A stretch of DNA of 54,653 nucleotides from a virus (taxonomy: Duplodnaviria; Caudoviricetes). Position numbers and translations under genes: made by a program. A model generated the notes under the pieces. It did not search any database. It was not told the origin of the DNA and saw only the letters and a list, made by a program, of their open reading frames with translations. Below, one piece after another: positions 48,369 to 54,653 of the stretch (positions are counted from its first letter, which is position 1; each line of letters opens with the position of its first letter). The stretch is taken from the IMG/VR virus record IMGVR_UViG_3300043446_003430, positions 1-54,653 of that record; one strand, 5' to 3'.

Positions 48369-49201
48369 ACATCTCTGTCAGATAGATTTGGCCAGAAGAA
48401 GTTTGCTCCAAGAGGAATGCTCATCTTGACTTGATGACCGCACTTTGGACAGTTAAAATCAAACGTCATATCAAGGTCTGGAGTCACTTCTCTTACGTGT
48501 TTTCTGAATGCAAGACTATCTTTTGCCGTCATCTGATTATCAACATAGTTCTTGATCTTTGCACGGTCTGTTTCTCCGTCAATGGATTTGATCGTGTATT
48601 TGAGTCTTGTTGTGACTTCGGGCGCAGATGCGTTTGTTCCGAGTTTTGCCAACGCTTTTAATTCTTGTTCTATATCGTTCTCGTCCTTGTGAGTAAGCAA
48701 GCTCCAAACCACAGTCTTCTTTGAGTTTGGTAGAGTAAAACTAAACTTGTTTTCGCCCTTGGTATAGTTTTCAAAAGCAAATTCTTTGGGCTTGATATTT
48801 GAAAGATCAATTTCTGTCATCGATTCTTCGCCGCATTCCGGACACTTGATCTTTGTGGAATAATCTTCACCATACGCATTCTTTCTTGATTCAACAAACA
48901 GCGCGTTTTTATCCCCGATCAATACGTCATTCAAAGTTACATTAGGGGTAGCAATAAGCGCCTTTAAAAATTCATCAAGAACAATACCTTTTTTTAAAAG
49001 GTTGCTATTACTTAGAATATCTTCGTGTTTGGCAGTAACGTGATATAGTTCAATAGTTCCGCCAGACAGTGGATTGCTTGTTGGATAAAAATGCCCTCTC
49101 GATGGCAATTTGACGCTAATAGTAGGAACAGACTGCTTAACTGGTTCGGCGCTTGAGATATTGACCGTCGCCTGCTTAGTAATTGATATTGTATTATCCA
49201 T
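48365..49201 (-). CDS. T4 gp26-like hub/tail assembly chaperone paralog 1
   Basis: LPSRGHFYP..NPLSGG, TAKHEDIL, GDKNAL...R..AYG, CPEC, FTLP.S, CPKC, NFFWP. Confidence 0.78.
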   Translation of the reverse strand: MDNTISITKQATVNISSAEPVKQSVPTISVKLPSRGHFYPTSNPLSGGTIELYHVTAKHEDILSNSNLLKKGIVLDEFLKALIATPNVTLNDVLIGDKNALFVESRKNAYGEDYSTKIKCPECGEESMTEIDLSNIKPKEFAFENYTKGENKFSFTLPNSKKTVVWSLLTHKDENDIEQELKALAKLGTNASAPEVTTRLKYTIKSIDGETDRAKIKNYVDNQMTAKDSLAFRKHVREVTPDLDMTFDFNCPKCGHQVKMSIPLGANFFWPNLSDRDV

Positions 49202-49284
49202 ATTTAATATAACGTTTGTTTATCATATATATGAACTACAAAAAGTTTTTCATATATATAAAAAGATATAACCTTTATTATATC

Positions 49285-50250
49285 TTACTTCTCTGTTTCT
49301 TTGGCTTTCTTTTTGCCTTTAAAGAGAACTTGAGCAATACCCATCAATACTATGGCACCACCTGCCGTTGCGCCTATAGCCCACATAGGAATGCTTGTAG
49401 CCATATACGCAAGACCAAGGAAGGTAACGCCGGATAGTATCATACTGAAGCTCTTGAGCAATACGCCCAATACAAGGAATAGTATACCCAGTCCTCCAAG
49501 TATTCTTACGGTCCATACCATAAGTTCGCGTTGTTGCGCCTCTTTTAGCAGACGAACTTGGTCGGCTGCTTCAGCACGTACTCTTTCAACTTCAGCTTTC
49601 TTTTCCGCTTCAACTTTTTCAATAGCAATGCGATTTGCTTCCTTCATCGCCGCTTTTTCTTTTTCCTTCTGCTGAATCAATTGATCTGCTTCATCAAGTG
49701 CTGCCTTTTGATTTACAGCAAGATCGATGGTTGCTTTGTATTTGATATACAATTGATCAACCGTCTTTGATCGCTCGTCCTCGATTTCCTTTTGTATTTC
49801 TGCCTTTTCTGCGTCAGTCAGTTTGTCTGTGCGCATCATTATTTCTTTTGAACGCAAGTGAGCAATGGTTGTATTGATGTCAGTCTTTTTGTTTTTCTGA
49901 GTAACGTGATATACACCATAGTTGAGTTCAGCAATCTTATCGAAATTGTCTTGGTCTTTCTTCTTTAGGTCGTCGTATGCCTTCATGGTTTCTGCCTTGA
50001 GTTTAGCATACTCATCTTCCATCTTCTTTTTGTCTTCAGCAGCTTTGGCTTCTACCGCAGCTGCTTTTTCCATAGCCTCTTTTGCTGCTTGGGCTGCGAC
50101 TACTGCCGCCACATTGACTTCCGGTTCTTTTACTGGTTCTGTTTTTGCCGCTTCCTTTTTGCCAAAGCTTGGAAGACTTGGCATCTTTGGAACCATTCCG
50201 CATCCAGACAACAATAAAACCGTTAATGTCAATGTGATGAATTTTTTCAT
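49285..50250 (-). CDS. Lipoprotein with long coiled coil and C-terminal transmembrane helices (candidate unimolecular spanin)
   Basis: MKKFITLTLTVLLLSGC lipobox, about 200 aa Lys/Glu/Ala coiled coil, and 2-3 C-terminal hydrophobic helices. Confidence 0.6.
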   Translation of the reverse strand: MKKFITLTLTVLLLSGCGMVPKMPSLPSFGKKEAAKTEPVKEPEVNVAAVVAAQAAKEAMEKAAAVEAKAAEDKKKMEDEYAKLKAETMKAYDDLKKKDQDNFDKIAELNYGVYHVTQKNKKTDINTTIAHLRSKEIMMRTDKLTDAEKAEIQKEIEDERSKTVDQLYIKYKATIDLAVNQKAALDEADQLIQQKEKEKAAMKEANRIAIEKVEAEKKAEVERVRAEAADQVRLLKEAQQRELMVWTVRILGGLGILFLVLGVLLKSFSMILSGVTFLGLAYMATSIPMWAIGATAGGAIVLMGIAQVLFKGKKKAKETEK

Positions 50251-50254
50251 ATGC

Positions 50255-51046
50255 TTATTTCAGACCTTTCTTTTTCATCAGATATGCTCTGAGTTTGTTG
50301 ATTTTTGCAATTTTTGCTGCTTTTTCTGAAGCGGCGAGCCTTGCCATATCAGGTTCACCGGAATCTGTATCGGAACTGGTGTCCGATTTGGCTTTTTGAA
50401 TAGCGTTTTGAATCACTGTGGCATCTAGGCTCATTGGTGTTTCTTCGCTGTTCTTTTCAGCAACTGCATCTGCCACTTCTTGTTCGGTGGCATTTGGGTT
50501 GTATTTGATAAAATCTTCAACGGCATCTTCTGTTCTAGCAATCTCGGCTTGAGATGCTGGACCGGTTGATACAGCAGGTGTTGCTTTTGGACGACCAAGG
50601 TTTGGATTTTCACCCTTCTTGACATATGGTCCTTTTGGAGCTTCTGTTGGTGTGCCGTCTGGAATGGTCTTGTGTCCCTTGACGACCCAGCCTGTTGGAG
50701 AACTTGGATCTTCCACCTTGAACTTGCTACCAACAGCACCCTTTACACGAGCCATCTCATCAATCTCTTCACGAATCATTTGAAGAATTTCTTCTTTGAT
50801 ACTTCCAACCTTTTGTGGATTGGCTGGCTTCTTTACCACAGGAAGCTTCTCACCTTCTTCTTTTTCCTTTGGCTCGGAAGTTGGAGTCAACGACTTTGAA
50901 TCAGCAACCTTCTCGGTATGTTCAGTTGATTCCTTGGATTTCTTGAATCCAGACAATCCTTTGGTTTCATCAAGTTGCCCTTGTTTTACGGCAGCAACTT
51001 CTTCTGCAATTACTTTCAACAACGCTTTTAGTTCTGATTTTTTCAT
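50255..51046 (-). CDS. Leader-bearing protein (putative internal head protein)
   Basis: MKKSELKALLKVIAEE; internal copy EEILQMIREEIDE. Confidence 0.65.
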   Translation of the reverse strand: MKKSELKALLKVIAEEVAAVKQGQLDETKGLSGFKKSKESTEHTEKVADSKSLTPTSEPKEKEEGEKLPVVKKPANPQKVGSIKEEILQMIREEIDEMARVKGAVGSKFKVEDPSSPTGWVVKGHKTIPDGTPTEAPKGPYVKKGENPNLGRPKATPAVSTGPASQAEIARTEDAVEDFIKYNPNATEQEVADAVAEKNSEETPMSLDATVIQNAIQKAKSDTSSDTDSGEPDMARLAASEKAAKIAKINKLRAYLMKKKGLK

Positions 51047-51068
51047 AATAGTATATTTTAAAGTTTTA

Positions 51069-51380
51069 TTATTTTCCAGTGAATGGATTTACACGTTTCA
51101 TTCCGCCTTCTATCCAGTTCTTGATGTCTTCCATATTCTTCTTGTTCAGTCTGTCGTATGGATTTACACCCGGTATTGTCACCCAATGAATTTTTCCGTC
51201 CGGACCTTTTACATAATATTCTGTTTTGACATTATCTTCTTCTCTGTCCTCTTCCCACCATAAGTTATATGACCCTTTGGATGTTTCTATGGTGGCTATG
51301 TGATTATCAACTTCAGGATTGTTGGTATACATCTCCTGTATGACTTCCCTGATAAGCTGTTTAAGTTCGGACTTTTTCAT
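51069..51380 (-). CDS. Leader-bearing protein (putative internal head protein)
   Basis: MKKSELKQLIREVIQE. Confidence 0.65.
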   Translation of the reverse strand: MKKSELKQLIREVIQEMYTNNPEVDNHIATIETSKGSYNLWWEEDREEDNVKTEYYVKGPDGKIHWVTIPGVNPYDRLNKKNMEDIKNWIEGGMKRVNPFTGK

Positions 51381-51383
51381 ATA

Positions 51384-52754
51384 TTACCACTTGCGGCAGG
51401 ACCAATAACGGGCAGATGTTCTTGGACCAGGATTTGAACAACGATGGCGTGCTCTAAAGCTCTTGCGGCGCTTTGGATTGCTCTTCTTTATGCGCATCTT
51501 TTTGTCACCGAAGTTAACCTTTTTTACATTACCGGTCTTTGGGTTTTTGACATATACCTTGAACTTCTTGACATCGCCACGCATCGGTTTGCCGAGCGGA
51601 ACTTTGCGACCGCGATATTCAGCTTCTTCGAGAGGAGCATCTGCATTCATGTCTCCATAAATTTCATAAAACTCATCACCTTCACAAGTATGCTCATCAC
51701 CTTCTGGGATCATATCCCAATTTGTTTTGCGATAGCATTCTTCCCAAGCTTCGTTGGTTCCTTCTTCCATGACGGATTCATAACATTCCCAGCATTCATC
51801 AACGTCTTCGTGCAGTTGACCTGTCCACGATCTCAATGTCTTGATGACATCTCGTTTGCTTAGATTTTCTTTTTCCACATTTTCGCCATTACGCAGTGAC
51901 ATTCTCAAATTGAATTTATCCAGAGTTTCATCCTTGGCGGTGATATATGCATCGGTAACATCAGACACTCCATTGGTATTTAAAATGAACTGAACTCTTC
52001 CGTTAATTGAACTCACCTCAACGTCTGCGATATTTCTGCCGCCAATATCCATGACTTTTCTTAGAGCAGAACGCATTTGTTGGACGATATAGTCTTTTCC
52101 GCTCGTGGCATATTCTTCTTCTACCATTTCGCGTATCAGTTTTCTTAGTTGTTCTTCTTTCATAAGTTGTTCTTCAGTTTTTTTGCGACCTTGGCAATGT
52201 GCTCTTTGACTAAATCCTTTTGGATGACTGCAATCAATGCTGCGTTTGTATTTCTCGCTCCATTTTTCATCCAGTTCCTGTGTTGCTTCTTCAACACCTT
52301 CCGATTTGCTTCCCCATTTACCTTTGCTCTTACGGCACTTTACCAATGCACCGGAAGCATATGCACTTGGCCACACCTTGTAACGAGCCTTGACCTTGTA
52401 ATAGCAAGCGTCTTTCTTTTCGTTCATCAGTGCCTCAGAAACTAGTTCTCCGCCACAAATTGGGCATATATGATTTTCCATAATAGTTTCCTCAGTTTTT
52501 ACATTCTTTGCTTTGCCACTTCTGTCTGGATTTGGATCTTCACGGCGTTTTCTGCGTGCAGCAGTTGCTCTTGCTTTCTTGCCCATTGCTTGTGCCGACT
52601 TTAATGGACGACACTTTGGCTTACCTTCGCTTGACTTTTCTCGTGCACATTGTCCACGAATTTTACCATCTGGACCAAAACGAACCCACTTCTCCTTGAA
52701 CCATTTGTGGAGATTTTCTTCTATCTCGTGGATTTGTTTTTCTATATTATCCAT
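51384..52754 (-). CDS. Modular protein of small basic Cys-containing domains separated by acidic linkers (putative polyprotein)
   Basis: Domains begin LHKWFKEKW, KKDACYYKVK, KWSEKYKRSIDC and AEYRGRKV, each right after a Glu. Confidence 0.7.
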   Translation of the reverse strand: MDNIEKQIHEIEENLHKWFKEKWVRFGPDGKIRGQCAREKSSEGKPKCRPLKSAQAMGKKARATAARRKRREDPNPDRSGKAKNVKTEETIMENHICPICGGELVSEALMNEKKDACYYKVKARYKVWPSAYASGALVKCRKSKGKWGSKSEGVEEATQELDEKWSEKYKRSIDCSHPKGFSQRAHCQGRKKTEEQLMKEEQLRKLIREMVEEEYATSGKDYIVQQMRSALRKVMDIGGRNIADVEVSSINGRVQFILNTNGVSDVTDAYITAKDETLDKFNLRMSLRNGENVEKENLSKRDVIKTLRSWTGQLHEDVDECWECYESVMEEGTNEAWEECYRKTNWDMIPEGDEHTCEGDEFYEIYGDMNADAPLEEAEYRGRKVPLGKPMRGDVKKFKVYVKNPKTGNVKKVNFGDKKMRIKKSNPKRRKSFRARHRCSNPGPRTSARYWSCRKW

Positions 52755-53065
52755 TATGCTTTGTCCTGTATAGCTTGTTGTTTACGAATAATATCAGCTT
52801 GTTGCTTTTGCAGCTTGGCCTTCATGCGCTCTGCTCTTTGTATCTTTGGCTGAATGGTCTGTTGCAGTTTGGCAACTTCACCTTCTATCTTTTTAATGTT
52901 GGTGGTAAGCTTGTCACTTTGAGATTTAAGATTGGCCAATTCTTTTTTATCTGCATCGCTTAAACCTGTTTCGGCTGCGGAACTATCTGTGACATCTCCG
53001 TCAACTTCGCTGAGTTTTCTGCGAACAATTTCCTGAATGACGCCTTTTAATTGAGAACGTGTCAT
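52754..53065 (-). CDS. Leader-bearing coiled-coil protein
   Basis: MTRSQLKGVIQEIVRRKLSE followed by a heptad coiled coil. Confidence 0.65.
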   Translation of the reverse strand: MTRSQLKGVIQEIVRRKLSEVDGDVTDSSAAETGLSDADKKELANLKSQSDKLTTNIKKIEGEVAKLQQTIQPKIQRAERMKAKLQKQQADIIRKQQAIQDKA

Positions 53066-53466
53066 TTGCCGTGCATCTTTAGGATTTTTTCGGCAGCGTC
53101 TTTGGCTTGCTTGGCAAGTTCAACTTCACGCTTTTCTTCTGGATTGCTCATATCAGTTTCATCGTGTTCTGCATTCTGCTCTTTGGAAATTTCCTGAACT
53201 GATTCAGTTTCCCAAGCTGTCCACATTTCGTTGACTTTCTTGTGTCCCTTTTCTTTTTCATAAAAGATCTTCCACATCGTGGCATATGCCTTTTCTTCTT
53301 CGCCTTTATACTGATTCAGTATTTTATCGTGCAGCTTCTTTGGGAAGTTTGGTGGAGTCTTTTCATCCAGTCTGCTTTCGTCCGCCACACCAAGTGGTGC
53401 AAAATCGTCTTTCATGACTTCTTCTACTACTTCACGAATAATTTGTTTGAGTTCAGAGCGTTTCAT
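53062..53466 (-). CDS. Leader-bearing protein (putative internal head protein)
   Basis: MKRSELKQIIREVVEE; RLDE then KTPPNFP...KAYATMWK. Confidence 0.65.
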   Translation of the reverse strand: MKRSELKQIIREVVEEVMKDDFAPLGVADESRLDEKTPPNFPKKLHDKILNQYKGEEEKAYATMWKIFYEKEKGHKKVNEMWTAWETESVQEISKEQNAEHDETDMSNPEEKREVELAKQAKDAAEKILKMHGK

Positions 53467-53559
53467 ATATTAAGTTCCTTGTTTATAGAGTATATATAAA
53501 TATTAACTATACTGTTAAAAATTATATTTAAGTTGTGTTTGTCTCAGGTAATACCCGGG

Positions 53560-53588
53560 GTTATAGGGGGTAGATGAATATTTGTCAA
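53560..53588 (-). promoter_or_regulatory. sigma70-like promoter
   Basis: TTGACA-17 nt-TATAAC on the minus strand, just after the tube-gene terminator. Confidence 0.65.
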
Positions 53589-53596
53589 GATAAAAT

Positions 53597-53629
53597 AAAA
53601 AACCCCCACTTTTTATGGCGGGGGTTTTT
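53597..53629 (-). terminator. Intrinsic terminator after the tail tube gene
   Basis: aaaaacccc...ggggttttt with T-tracts on both strands. Confidence 0.8.
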
Positions 53630-53647
53630 GTTGAGTTTATAGGTGTA

Positions 53648-54142
53648 TCAGAACTGTAGAATTGCGTAATCGTATGTCAACGTGACGTTGATCAGCAGTG
53701 CTTCCTGAGAAGCCCAATCAAGGCCAGAGCCGTTGAAATCGACTGTTGAAGGAAATGCTCCTTTGATGTCCCACTTTTCAACGATGTCACCAACAGGTCC
53801 AAGAACTTGGATCTGAACGTCCTTCTTGTACATATCGGCATATCCGTTACGACCGGTCACGGATTCGTGAGCAAGACGTACCCATTCCATGCAAGCTTGT
53901 GCAGCAGAAGGAACGATTGGGTCATAAAGAGTGATAGCAATATCTGCCCATTCGCTCTTACCCTTGAGCTTGCGCTTTAGGTTGATGTGATCCATAACGA
54001 TAGTTCCGTTTGTGATGCTTGGGCGAGCGGCTGCTTTGATGAGATAAGCAGGAATTCCATCAATGTTCATGATGAAACGGTTCTGCACCTTGGGCTCGAA
54101 TGCAGTAAAAAATATCTGGTTTTGGTCGAGTAGTTCTGCCAT
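53648..54142 (-). CDS. Tail tube protein (T4 gp19-like)
   Basis: FEPK.QNRF, RP, KGK.EW.DI.ITLYDPI, W, YKKD, GP.GD.VE.W..KGAFP, LTYDYA. Confidence 0.9.
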   Translation of the reverse strand: MAELLDQNQIFFTAFEPKVQNRFIMNIDGIPAYLIKAAARPSITNGTIVMDHINLKRKLKGKSEWADIAITLYDPIVPSAAQACMEWVRLAHESVTGRNGYADMYKKDVQIQVLGPVGDIVEKWDIKGAFPSTVDFNGSGLDWASQEALLINVTLTYDYAILQF

Positions 54143-54272
54143 AGTATTGTTAGGTTAATTGTTCTTTTTCTTAGTTATAAATATATCCAAAAATATAAAA
54201 TACCGCATTTTTTGACACTTTTTTTTAAACCTTCCACGAGTGATATGCCATACTTTTTATATACAATAAATA

Positions 54273-54302
54273 TTGACATTTTCAAAAAAATTTGAATACT
54301 AT
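54273..54302 (+). promoter_or_regulatory. sigma70-like promoter
   Basis: TTGACA-18 nt-TACTAT, 9 nt before ATG 54312. Confidence 0.6.
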
Positions 54303-54311
54303 ACACCAATT

Positions 54312-54653
54312 ATGAAACTACGATTCATGCACGGTGAGAGTTATGTCACATTCTGCGGTAAAGGGGAATATGTGATTGATACAAGCAAGTTCCCTGAACT
54401 TGACGGTAAGAATGAAGATGAAGTTGTGGAATGGCTATACAACAACCAAGAAAGCGTAGCGGTCAATCCAGACTATATAGACGATGATCCCAATAAGCAC
54501 TCATACAACGATTATGACAAAGCGTATGAAATTGTTCCGTTGGAAGAGGATGACGATGAATCTCCATCACTATATGATTATACCAGCGACTCTTCTGTGG
54601 TTTGGGACAAGATCAAAAACGAAGAAGATTACTTCAGACTGCTATATGATATT
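54312..54653 (+). CDS. Acidic hypothetical protein, partial, runs off the right edge
   Basis: Not in the ORF track. Open frame MKLRFMHGESYVTFCGKGEYVIDTSKFPELDG... to the window end. Confidence 0.65.
   Translation, partial: MKLRFMHGESYVTFCGKGEYVIDTSKFPELDGKNEDEVVEWLYNNQESVAVNPDYIDDDPNKHSYNDYDKAYEIVPLEEDDDESPSLYDYTSDSSVVWDKIKNEEDYFRLLYDI

Noticed and set aside
48365-48410. Programmed frameshift at the end of chaperone paralog 1
   Set aside because: No slippery heptamer or T-run (AAC TTC TTC TGG), and both alternative frames hit stops within about 20 codons.
49202-49284. AT palindromes (tcatatatatga; agatataa...ttatatct) and similar ones at 1590-1650
   Set aside because: Low-complexity AT-only symmetry is expected by chance; no supporting evidence.
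53500-53600. Possible small RNA or tRNA downstream of the TTGACA-TATAAC promoter
   Set aside because: No cloverleaf or convincing structure; best explained as the leader of the 53466 gene.
1-54653. Stop-codon reassignment, as seen in some large phages
   Set aside because: Core genes are full length in the standard code, and TAA, TGA and at least one TAG (17416) act as stops.

Overview
A 54.7-kb segment of a large (jumbo/huge-type) myophage genome. It is densely coding, almost entirely on the minus strand, and uses the standard genetic code. From left to right it contains: a phage-encoded curli (type VIII secretion) operon, csgF-csgG-curlin-like, truncated at the left edge; dispersed RNA-repair enzymes (Rnl5/DRB0094-type ligase, 2H phosphoesterase, P-loop kinase); a T4-like replication set (clamp loader, sliding clamp, family B polymerase, helicase, 5'-3' exonuclease, RecA/UvsX, gp32-like SSB) plus a second, divergent family A polymerase; a glycosyltransferase/methyltransferase island next to a Pro/Thr mucin-like protein; rIIA/rIIB; a MoxR AAA/VWA pair; nrdB-nrdA; and a contractile-tail module (baseplate proteins, tape measure, two gp26-like paralogs, tail tube). 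About nine proteins share N-terminal amphipathic leaders ending in Glu, and one looks like a polyprotein of small basic Cys domains, which suggests a capsid-targeting and protease-processing cargo system. Two promoter classes are readable: sigma70-like TTGAC-N16/18-(T/C)AnnnT, and a late motif TATTTATA (reverse complement of the T4 late promoter). Both often sit only 4-9 nt before the start codon. The SSB leader can fold into a gene-32-like pseudoknot. No tRNA, rRNA, CRISPR array or IS element was seen. All calls come from motif recognition by eye; no database searches were run.
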